Virus record (IMG/VR): IMGVR_UViG_3300025732_000016
From: a virus
Taxonomy: Duplodnaviria > Caudoviricetes
Length of the DNA stretch: 64,000 nt
Reading direction: 5' to 3' (one strand)
The notes under the pieces were generated by a model that searched no databases, was not told the origin of the DNA, and saw only the letters and a list, made by a program, of their open reading frames with translations. This document shows, one piece after another, positions 8,845-16,631 of this stretch (positions are counted from its first letter, which is position 1; the number at the start of each line of letters is the position of its first letter). A program made the translations under genes and the position numbers.

Positions 8845-9632
8845 CTCTGAACTCGCGGAACCCACCACGTTGTGCGACCGTCCTTGGTCTCCTGGCACAC
8901 CACAGTCTCGCCGTTGGGGTCCGTCTTTCGGCCATAGACAAGCATAGAGTGTTTCCCTTCCTCACCGTCGAACCCCTTGTAGGTGAGGATGGTGGAGCCA
9001 CCGTTGAGGTACGCCGTCTTGATGACATCCTTCACGGATTCACAGAGAATTGTGAGCTGCTCATCTGTCGTCTGGTTCACCTTTCGCCATGGGCTGAGTT
9101 TCGCCATCCAGAGAGAGTCCGCCTTCAGGTAGTTTCCGACTCCTGAGACGATTCCCTGACTCATGAGGACTTCAGCCAGGGTCGCTTCAGGATGCTTTCG
9201 AAGCCTCTCGATGAAAGTGGCAGGCTTCACTATCTCGTTGAGCATGTCGGGGCCGAGTGAATCAAGCTTCACCTTCAAGTCCTTGCGGCTGCAGAACTTT
9301 AGGGTGCCGAAGTTTCGCGGATCATTGAAGTACAGTTCACCCTCGGATGTCTCGAACTTCACCCTTGCGTGACGAGGGGCGTTTGACCATGCACCTGACA
9401 TCCCGAGAGTGTTGAAGATGACTGTTTCAGTGTCCTGGAAGGTCCAGTAGATGAACTTGCCCTTGCAACCCACACTCTCGATTGTGAGAGGAAACTGGAC
9501 GTTGGCGAGTCCCTCGATGGGCTTCTTCGTGTAGCGACCTGATAGTGGCGTAACTGAGAGAAGCCTGTCACCCTCACCGAGGAAGCTGTTGATGGAGCGG
9601 ACAAAGTTTGCGACTTCGGGACCCTCGGGCAC
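8841..9632 (-). CDS. nei: Fpg/Nei-family DNA glycosylase/AP lyase, zincless-finger (NEIL1-like) type
   Basis: N-terminal PEGPEV, KGKF catalytic Lys, FNDPRNFG, H2TH SGVGNYLKADSLW, C-terminal GRTTWWVP without four Cys. Confidence 0.9.
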   Translation of the reverse strand: MPEGPEVANFVRSINSFLGEGDRLLSVTPLSGRYTKKPIEGLANVQFPLTIESVGCKGKFIYWTFQDTETVIFNTLGMSGAWSNAPRHARVKFETSEGELYFNDPRNFGTLKFCSRKDLKVKLDSLGPDMLNEIVKPATFIERLRKHPEATLAEVLMSQGIVSGVGNYLKADSLWMAKLSPWRKVNQTTDEQLTILCESVKDVIKTAYLNGGSTILTYKGFDGEEGKHSMLVYGRKTDPNGETVVCQETKDGRTTWWVPRVQS

Positions 9633-9641
9633 AACGCCTCC

Positions 9642-9911
9642 TTAGAATCGATCACAGGTTTGCAGGCTTCCGTTGACTCGGAACTGGTACTTCGACTTTG
9701 CACTCTCTGCGGTGTAGATGACCCACACTGGGCCCGTTCCCTCCCACACCTCGGTGGTTCCGACAAAGCCCGTCCTGCGGAGGTCTCCCTGGTGGTGGGC
9801 AGAGAAATTTCCCACCGCTGAGATGTAGTGGGGCTCATCACCCCAGAATTGACAGGTACCGATGAGAGTGTCAGCGAAAGAAAAGTTGAGCAAGAGATAG
9901 AGCGGTAGCAC
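9642..9911 (-). CDS. Hypothetical protein, possible signal peptide (89 aa)
   Basis: GTG at 9911 after GAGGAAGAG; C-ending codon bias; hydrophobic start MLPLYLLLNFSFA. Confidence 0.5.
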   Translation of the reverse strand: MLPLYLLLNFSFADTLIGTCQFWGDEPHYISAVGNFSAHHQGDLRRTGFVGTTEVWEGTGPVWVIYTAESAKSKYQFRVNGSLQTCDRF

Positions 9912-9924
9912 GTCTTCTCTTCCT

Positions 9925-10134
9925 CTAGCTCGAATGCCACTTTCGAGCGTTGAAAGATCCCATGAGAGCGGGTCGTTCATCGTGAGGTGTCCTGTTGACC
10001 TCAGCGAGCATATTCTCAATGTTGGCCAGCGCGGTGATCTCCCAATCACGAGGCGTCGACCCTGCCTCGCTGTCACAACGCTCACGTGCAAGCCGAAGAG
10101 CCGTATGAACTGCTGCAAGCTCGATATTGGTCAT
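9925..10134 (-). CDS. Hypothetical protein (69 aa)
   Basis: ATG preceded by AAGGAGG SD. Confidence 0.65.
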   Translation of the reverse strand: MTNIELAAVHTALRLARERCDSEAGSTPRDWEITALANIENMLAEVNRTPHDERPALMGSFNARKWHSS

Positions 10135-10208
10135 TCCAGCCTCCTTGTTCTTTTTAATTCATCGGATGAACAGAGAACACAATTTTGTGAAACTTTTGTG
10201 TCTTCCCG

Positions 10209-10661
10209 TCAACAGGTGAAGTTGTGGTTGGCAGACGGATGTTCTGACTCGCCGTAGTGCTTCTTCAGGAAGTCGTGGTAGTCATTGAGAGCGTGGTCCT
10301 GCGGCTGGACGCTGCGCCAGTCACCGAGGACGAAGATTCGGTACGCGTCCGAGGCATACTTCCCAACTCCGTGAAGCTGGAGGACGTCATTCCACTTGCC
10401 CTCGTGATACTGGGCCGACATCTTCTTCAGAGTATTGACGCGCTTCTTCCACATGCCAAGAGTTCGGATGACATCCGTGAGCTCTGCGTCATCAGCTTCT
10501 GACAGAGACTTTGCATCAGGCCATCGCTGGAACATCCTTTCAACAACTGGTTCCATCTGCTTCCTCGTAGTGAGGTTGAGACAGAGGCAGCAGACAAGGA
10601 TCTTCCAGGGATCAGGCCAGTACTTCTCTTGGATTAGTCCGTACTTTGGGGGAGTCCACAA
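10209..10661 (-). CDS. MBD4-like HhH-GPD mismatch DNA glycosylase
   Basis: WTPP...LIQE...DPWKIL...LHGVGKYASDAYRIF...W..V.PQDHALNDY closely parallels the MBD4 catalytic domain including the catalytic Asp; GGAGG SD. Confidence 0.85.
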   Translation of the reverse strand: MWTPPKYGLIQEKYWPDPWKILVCCLCLNLTTRKQMEPVVERMFQRWPDAKSLSEADDAELTDVIRTLGMWKKRVNTLKKMSAQYHEGKWNDVLQLHGVGKYASDAYRIFVLGDWRSVQPQDHALNDYHDFLKKHYGESEHPSANHNFTC

Positions 10662-10680
10662 GCTTCACCTCCGTATCAAG

Positions 10681-10708
10681 ATAATACATCCTGACGGAGA
10701 CTTTACAA
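10681..10708 (-). promoter_or_regulatory. sigma70-type promoter TTGTAA-N16-TATTAT (TG-extended)
   Basis: Intergenic, upstream of the MBD4-like gene. Confidence 0.45.
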
Positions 10709-10727
10709 ACTTGTGGACTCCCTTTGA

Positions 10728-11528
10728 CTACTTCACTGGGAGAGCGAGGAGAGCAGCCCAGATAGACTCATCGCCTGCAGTAATCTTCGCTTTCACGACA
10801 GCCTCTGCGAGCCCAAGGGCTAGACAAAGTGCGGCAATGCTCTTGGGACCGAGAGCACCGTCGATCTTGCCAATATCGAATCCAGCACGACAAAGAAGGG
10901 CCTGTGTGACCGCGGGGAAACCCTGGAGATCGCCGTGACCAACGAGGAGAGCGCCGCAGAGTGCGGCCTGCTCATAGCCGAGCCGGTTGAGAACGCCAGT
11001 GAGCTCGCCCCAGAAGTCAAAGTGCCAGGCTTCCTTCGCTCCCTCGTCCGCAGTCTTGATGATCGGCTTCCAGCCAAGAGGAATTGCGAGGTCCCAGAGC
11101 TTGTCAAGCTGCTTATCTGCAGGGACACCCGGGAACTTGAGCTCTGAGAGGTGAACGTCGATGCTTCTGCCTGCATTGTGACCGGAGCGACCCGGAAGAG
11201 CCACGAAAGCGTTCTTCATGGTGGCGGCGTTCCAGGTTGCAGATCCGGGCGACGGCTTGCCAGCCTTTACCCAGTTGTCATACTTTGTCCTTGCAGCCTG
11301 TTGGACTGCAACATCTCTGTGGCACTCAGTGATTCGGAGATCACCACCTGCAGCAGCAACTGCATCAGAGAGTGCCTTGAGAGCCGGTGCCATCTCGGGG
11401 TGGGCAATTCCTGCCTTACCCAGCTTGGCAAGGGGCGTGAGATTTGCTCTGGGACCACCTGTCCCACCTGACTTGTTGTATGACGATGCGATCGAGAGAT
11501 CAACTGGAACGAGCTTAACTGGCGGCAT
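10728..11528 (-). CDS. Endolysin: M15-family Zn peptidase with C-terminal peptidoglycan-binding domain
   Basis: HR..., PGRSGHNAGRSIDV (SxH-x6-D), EAWHFDF; tail QALLCRAGFDIGKIDGALGPKS (PG_binding_1-like). Confidence 0.8.
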   Translation of the reverse strand: MPPVKLVPVDLSIASSYNKSGGTGGPRANLTPLAKLGKAGIAHPEMAPALKALSDAVAAAGGDLRITECHRDVAVQQAARTKYDNWVKAGKPSPGSATWNAATMKNAFVALPGRSGHNAGRSIDVHLSELKFPGVPADKQLDKLWDLAIPLGWKPIIKTADEGAKEAWHFDFWGELTGVLNRLGYEQAALCGALLVGHGDLQGFPAVTQALLCRAGFDIGKIDGALGPKSIAALCLALGLAEAVVKAKITAGDESIWAALLALPVK

Positions 11529-11565
11529 GCTGTTATCCTTTACGGGCTGTTTACCCGTCCATCGA

Positions 11566-11572
11566 TAACTAT
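11566..11572 (-). promoter_or_regulatory. Putative late promoter ATAGTTA
   Basis: 37 nt before the endolysin ATG; leader contains hairpin ACGGG/CCCGT. Confidence 0.55.
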
Positions 11573-11579
11573 ACTGCAG

Positions 11580-12248
11580 TCAGTAAGGTGGGTGGAAAGT
11601 TTCCTCGACTCTGTCAGCGAGACCGAACGCCTCGATCGTGTGCTTGAACGGATTTGTTGGGATGCCGGCAACGAGCTGGAGCATCTGCTCTGCGATCTCT
11701 CTCACTTCCCTCTGAGCGTCACTCTTCATCCGCAGGTTGAGAAAGTGATTGAAGGAACGCCAGTTGAACATGACGTCCATCGTCACCTGGTTGCCATAGG
11801 GCAGATAGAATCGGGCAGACTCCTTGGCTCGCTTTCGATCCATCCCGTCCTTCACAAGACGCTCAAGGGTATCATGGTAGCGCATTATCGCGTCTTCCAT
11901 GAATGCGATATACTTCGCTTTCTCGACAGTGGGCCAGTCATCCGGCACCACGTACTTGTCGTCCTTGAGCTCCTTGTAACGAGCAGACTCTGCATTGATT
12001 GAGACGCCTATGCGATGCTTGAGGAGATGAATGTGAGTCGCAGTGTCCACTGTCACGAGGAAGTGAATCGAGCTCTTCTCAAACGGCGTCTCGTGCCCGT
12101 TCTCCGCGAGCATCTTCAAAAGCTCTGGAACTCTCTTTCTCTTCTCTGGGCTGATGTCCCTGCTCGTGCTCGTCCAAGCCGAAAGTGCGTGAGCCTCGTC
12201 TCCACCGTACCAACCAATGAGCTCTACCTTGTTCTCTTGAAAGGGCAT
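11580..12248 (-). CDS. thyX: Flavin-dependent thymidylate synthase
   Basis: GHETPFE, KHRIGVSINAESARY, FLNLR...AQREVR; start moved to ATG 12248 (MPFQENKV). Confidence 0.92.
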   Translation of the reverse strand: MPFQENKVELIGWYGGDEAHALSAWTSTSRDISPEKRKRVPELLKMLAENGHETPFEKSSIHFLVTVDTATHIHLLKHRIGVSINAESARYKELKDDKYVVPDDWPTVEKAKYIAFMEDAIMRYHDTLERLVKDGMDRKRAKESARFYLPYGNQVTMDVMFNWRSFNHFLNLRMKSDAQREVREIAEQMLQLVAGIPTNPFKHTIEAFGLADRVEETFHPPY

Positions 12249-12453
12249 TCCTAATTCTCTCTCTAATGTGTCTGTCCCAAATGATCTCAAACACCCACTG
12301 AAGGAGGGTGAGTGTTGAGCCCGTCAGAAAGACTATTCCTGCGGACTCTCCCACGCTGTGGGTGAAGATGTAGGTTATCGTGAATCCGTAGAGCATGGAA
12401 AAGAATCTCCATGCTACAACTTTTGTCAGCAGCTCTATCTTTGCTGGCTTCAC
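12079..12453 (-). CDS. DUF2061-like small membrane protein (C-terminal tail overlaps thyX)
   Basis: TKVVAWRFF...two TM segments...EIIWDR pattern; ATGA coupling to the GS stop. Confidence 0.55.
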   Translation of the reverse strand: MKPAKIELLTKVVAWRFFSMLYGFTITYIFTHSVGESAGIVFLTGSTLTLLQWVFEIIWDRHIRERIRNALSREQGRAHWLVRWRRGSRTFGLDEHEQGHQPREEKESSRAFEDARGERARDAV

Positions 12454-13484
12454 TCCACCCCGCAGACCGCCTCAAGAAGCAGACGGGTCACGACGTATGG
12501 ATCAACGTTAGCGCACGGTCGACGATCCTCGAGGTATCCACAGCCCTCTTGCGCCACATGGAGAGGTATCCGAATAGAGGCTCCTCTGTCACTCACACCG
12601 TATCGGAACTCTCTGTAGGAGCATGTCTCGTGGTGACCCGTGAGACGAAGCTCAATACCGTGGCCGTAGTGAGCAATGTGATGCTCGTGACGAACGCGAA
12701 GCAGCTCGCAAGCTTCCTTGATAGCATAGATTCCCTCAGGTTCACGCATACGCTTTGTTGAGAAATTGGTGTGGGCTCCTGCACCGTTAAGCTCTGCGAC
12801 TGGCTTGGGATCAAGCTTCACAGTGATCCCGTGCTTCTCGCCGATTCGGTAGAGAAGCCAACGTGCAAAGATGAGGTGGTCAGAGACAGTGAGAGCGTCA
12901 GCAGTTCCGATCTGGAACTCCCACTGGCCAGGCATCACCTCGGCGTTGATACCGCAAAGGGCGATGCGGGAGTCGAGACATGCTGCCATGTGCTCCTCGA
13001 CAAGCTCCCGACCGAAGACCTCATCGGATCCAACACCGCAGTAGAAAGGACCCTGCTGGGGAGGGTAGCCACCCGTGGGCCAACCGAGGGGCCGACCGTC
13101 CTTGAACATCGTGTACTCCTGCTCGATACCGAACAGGGGCTCGTGGTCAAGGGTCTTCTCAACAACTTCACGAAGCTTGCTGCGAGTGTTTGACTCGTGG
13201 GGCTTCATGTCCGCGGTGAAGACCTCGCAGATGACGAGAATGTGGACTCTCTCGTGATTCTTCTCTCGAGTGGGATCAAGAGTAAATCTTGCGGGAATCA
13301 GAAGACAGTCACTTCTGTCACCAGAAGCCTGTCCGGTGGAAGAGCCATCAAAGGTCCACCGAGGAATGTCCTCTATTCCGAAAGGCTTGTTTGCATCGCT
13401 GTATTGCAGGATTTTTGTCTTGCTTCGAAGTTTGTGGGTCGGATGGCTTCCGTCCTGCCAGATGTACTCGGCTACGATATTCAT
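12450..13484 (-). CDS. glnII: Glutamine synthetase type II
   Basis: AEYIW, WTFDGSSTGQA, QGPFYCGVG, NAEVMPGQWEFQIG, NGAGAHTNFST, RLTGHHET, RGASIRIP, YLEDRRP. Confidence 0.95.
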   Translation of the reverse strand: MNIVAEYIWQDGSHPTHKLRSKTKILQYSDANKPFGIEDIPRWTFDGSSTGQASGDRSDCLLIPARFTLDPTREKNHERVHILVICEVFTADMKPHESNTRSKLREVVEKTLDHEPLFGIEQEYTMFKDGRPLGWPTGGYPPQQGPFYCGVGSDEVFGRELVEEHMAACLDSRIALCGINAEVMPGQWEFQIGTADALTVSDHLIFARWLLYRIGEKHGITVKLDPKPVAELNGAGAHTNFSTKRMREPEGIYAIKEACELLRVRHEHHIAHYGHGIELRLTGHHETCSYREFRYGVSDRGASIRIPLHVAQEGCGYLEDRRPCANVDPYVVTRLLLEAVCGVE

Positions 13485-13486
13485 GC

Positions 13487-14089
13487 TTAGTCCAAGATGT
13501 AATCGAGGTTGATCTTACAAGTGAGAGTCGGGATTCGAAGCTCGTTGGCGAGGTTGTGACCCTTCGCCTCATTTGCATCGAGGTACCAATCTGCGTGACC
13601 CCTCTCGTGGACCATCTTCAGGAAATAGTCCGATGGCTTGCCGCAGTTGCGAGCCATCATCTCGTAGACCTTCTTGTTGAGGCGCTCGACTTCCTTCGCG
13701 TCGGCCTTGATCTCCTCGACCTTGCCCCATGCGCCGCTGGAGACGTCGTGGATCATGAGGGTCGCGTCCGGGTCCATGTAACGCTTCCCCTCAGCTCCGA
13801 AGCTGAAGAGGATCGCTCCGCAGCTCATTGCCTTGCCCTCGATGATGGTGGCCACCGGAACTCGGGAGGCCTTGATCGCCGAGATCATTGCCATGAGGGA
13901 GTAGACCTGACCGCCGTAGGAGTCGATGACGATGGGGATCACCGACTGGCCCGTGTTCTGTGCCATGCTCATCTGGGAGGTAAACTCCTTCGCCGAATCC
14001 TCGTCGAACTTGTTCACTCGGATGATGATCGGATCGACCTTGAGCTCGACTGCCTTGATGTGATTAGAAACGTCTGCGATGAAGTTCAC
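13487..14089 (-). CDS. clpP: ClpP-like serine protease
   Basis: IDSYGGQVY, AMSCG (Ser), MIHDV (His), DWYLDANEA (Asp); start moved to GTG 14089 (MNFIADV). Confidence 0.88.
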   Translation of the reverse strand: MNFIADVSNHIKAVELKVDPIIIRVNKFDEDSAKEFTSQMSMAQNTGQSVIPIVIDSYGGQVYSLMAMISAIKASRVPVATIIEGKAMSCGAILFSFGAEGKRYMDPDATLMIHDVSSGAWGKVEEIKADAKEVERLNKKVYEMMARNCGKPSDYFLKMVHERGHADWYLDANEAKGHNLANELRIPTLTCKINLDYILD

Positions 14090-14141
14090 TGCGTACCCCG
14101 GTTGTGTTAGGTTGCGAATAGCCTGTTCGATTTCGTCTTCT

Positions 14142-16631
14142 TCACTTGCACTTGGAGAAGCCACACGCCTTGCAAGAGAGGCACCCCTCTTGATAGACGA
14201 GCTCTGAGTTACCACACTCAGGGCACCCCTTTTCGCTTGACTTTGTACCATCCTTGATGTACCCCTTGAGAACTCTTGCGATTACTCTTGCGTATGAGAA
14301 CATGTCACTGTTCTTGTCCTTCTGTAGTTGTTCCACGATGTACTGGAGTGGGACATCGTGACGGAGAGCCAGTGATATAGTCCTCGTGAACGCTCCTTGA
14401 GTCGGATTGTCGAAGAGGTTGACAACGTCCTTGAAGACGAGATTCTCATCGTCACCGACCGGGACAGAGAGGTTGTATGTGGCAACACCATCACGCTTAC
14501 CATTTTTAATCAAGGAACCTGATTTGTATCGCTTCGGGATCTCGATATTCTCAGGAATGCCGCAGAAGACTTCGTAGGGCTTGCCATCGTTGAGACCTAT
14601 GAGGACCATCCACGACTCAGTGTTCTCACCGTTCCTGATGTTGGCCCGGTGAATGTCGCAGTGAAGAGACTTCGGCCTCCTGGGAGTGAGTCTCCCATCC
14701 TCTGACTTCTTCTCCTTCTTGGGCTCATCATTCTGCACCAGAACGCCTGTCCTACATCCGTCACGGTAGACTGTGAAACCCTTACAACCGAACTTCCACG
14801 CCTTCATATAGACGTCATTCACAATCTCACGTGTAGCAGAGTTCGGGAGGTTGCAAGTTTTAGAGATGGAGTGATCGATCCACTGCTGAGCCGCAGCCTG
14901 GATGTCGACCGACTTTTCCCAATCGATGTCGTTCGCAGTTGCTCCCCAGTATGGGCTCTCCTTTGGGTCGGTCTTTCCCGTACGATCCATCCACTTCTTG
15001 AACCAGTGGTGGTAGACCGTGTACTCCTGCCACTTGTCACCCATCGGATCCACAAAGTCGACCCTTGACGTGAGATCTCCCTGCGTGATCTTACGACGAC
15101 GCTTGTATGAGAGCAGGAATGCAGGTTCGATACCCGATGTCGTCCTGGTAAGACAGGAGACTGAGCCAACCGGCGCCGTAGTCGTTAGGGCAATGTTGCG
15201 GCGGCCAGTGGTCTTCCACATATTATAGCTGTCACCATTGCAGGCTGACATCACCCTGCACAGGTAGAGATGGTCCTTCTCCTTCTCATAGTCGAAGGCT
15301 GGGAAAGCGCCGCGCTCCTTCGCCATGATGAGTGAAGAACGGTGAGCTCCGATTGCGAGAGCTCTGTAGATCTCACGAGTAGCGTCGATCGAACAACCGT
15401 CACCGTAGCGAATGTTCATTGCTGCAAGAGCGTCACCGAGTCCAGTGACGCCGAGACCCGTCCGTCGACCATTCTTACCAGCCGCGCGGATCTTGTGCCA
15501 GAGATCCCATTCAATCCGCTTCACGTGATCTGGCTGCGGGTCCTTCTCGATCTTCTCGAGGATTCGATCCACGCACTCAATCTCAAGATCGACAAGGTCG
15601 TCCATGAGACGCTGGGCCTTCATCACCACAGTGTTGAATCGATTGAAGTCAAACGTAGGACTGTCGCCGAAAGGATCGGTTACAAAGGACGTGAGATTAA
15701 TGACCATCAAACGACACGAGTCATAAGGACTGAGAGGAATCTCACCGCATGGATTGGTAGAGATCGTCTTGTAACCGACGTCACGATAGCAGTCAACGAT
15801 TCCTTGGTTGACGATGGTGTCCCAGAAGAGAGCGCCAGGCTCCGCGGAAGCCCAGGCTGCATCAACGAACTTATCCCAGATCTGCTTCGCGTCGACCATC
15901 TTGACGATCTCTGCGTCCTCGGGATGAGCCTCAACCGGCCAGCGAAGGCAGAAACCGGTGTTGCCCTCGACCGCCTGCATGAACTCGTCCGTGAAACGGA
16001 TAGAGATATTCGCGCCCGTCACCTTCTTCAGGTCACGCTTGATGTCAATGAATGTCTCGATCTCCGGGTGGCGACAGTCAATCGTGAGCATCAGAGCGCC
16101 ACGTCGGCCGCCCTGCGCCACCTCGCGTGTAGAGTTAGAGAATCTCTCCATGAAGACACCGATGCCATCAGTCGTCCGAGCAGCATTCGTGGTGGGCTGA
16201 CCCTTTGGGCGAATGGTGGAGACATCGAATCCGACTCCGCCGCGGCGCTTCATGATCTGGACCTGCTCCTGGTCAGTGAAGAGAATGCCACCGTAAGAGT
16301 CCTGTGGCTGCTCAATAACGAAGCAGTTTGACAGGCTCTGCAGTTGGTAGTAATTCCCGATGCCCGACATCGGAGAACCCTGTGGGATGACGTCCTTGAA
16401 GTCCTTCAGGAGCTCGTAGATCTCGTCTTCGCTCATCGGGTTCGGATACTTTGCCTCAATACGGGCAAACTCCTTCGCGAGTCGACGATGCATCTGGTCC
16501 GGATTGGTCTCGATTAGGTCGTCGTCTGCGTCGCGAAGCGCATACTTCATGAAGACGTCTGGAGCGAGCTCATCACCCTCGAAGTAAGCGGATGTCTCCC
16601 TAAGTGCAGTTTGCCTCGTTGTCTCGTTCAT
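14142..16631 (-). CDS. nrdJ: Class II (adenosylcobalamin-dependent) ribonucleotide reductase
   Basis: SLSNCF, QGGRRGALM, STNPCGEIPL, TAPVGS...TTSGIEP, DHSISKT, YRDG, C-terminal CPEC..C..C Zn ribbon; start ATG 16631 overlapping the helicase TAA. Confidence 0.9.
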   Translation of the reverse strand: MNETTRQTALRETSAYFEGDELAPDVFMKYALRDADDDLIETNPDQMHRRLAKEFARIEAKYPNPMSEDEIYELLKDFKDVIPQGSPMSGIGNYYQLQSLSNCFVIEQPQDSYGGILFTDQEQVQIMKRRGGVGFDVSTIRPKGQPTTNAARTTDGIGVFMERFSNSTREVAQGGRRGALMLTIDCRHPEIETFIDIKRDLKKVTGANISIRFTDEFMQAVEGNTGFCLRWPVEAHPEDAEIVKMVDAKQIWDKFVDAAWASAEPGALFWDTIVNQGIVDCYRDVGYKTISTNPCGEIPLSPYDSCRLMVINLTSFVTDPFGDSPTFDFNRFNTVVMKAQRLMDDLVDLEIECVDRILEKIEKDPQPDHVKRIEWDLWHKIRAAGKNGRRTGLGVTGLGDALAAMNIRYGDGCSIDATREIYRALAIGAHRSSLIMAKERGAFPAFDYEKEKDHLYLCRVMSACNGDSYNMWKTTGRRNIALTTTAPVGSVSCLTRTTSGIEPAFLLSYKRRRKITQGDLTSRVDFVDPMGDKWQEYTVYHHWFKKWMDRTGKTDPKESPYWGATANDIDWEKSVDIQAAAQQWIDHSISKTCNLPNSATREIVNDVYMKAWKFGCKGFTVYRDGCRTGVLVQNDEPKKEKKSEDGRLTPRRPKSLHCDIHRANIRNGENTESWMVLIGLNDGKPYEVFCGIPENIEIPKRYKSGSLIKNGKRDGVATYNLSVPVGDDENLVFKDVVNLFDNPTQGAFTRTISLALRHDVPLQYIVEQLQKDKNSDMFSYARVIARVLKGYIKDGTKSSEKGCPECGNSELVYQEGCLSCKACGFSKCK

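Noticed and set aside
10182-10212. TTGACG -35 upstream of the 10134 gene
   Set aside because: No acceptable -10 at 16-18 nt spacing (CAAAAT only at 19)
13487-14251. N-terminal extensions in ORF-track calls for ClpP (14251), dUTPase-like (7979), thyX (12290), nrdJ (16658), 9642..10118, 54583, 55906, 57357
   Set aside because: Extensions overlap upstream genes and lack protein-like character; downstream starts fit better
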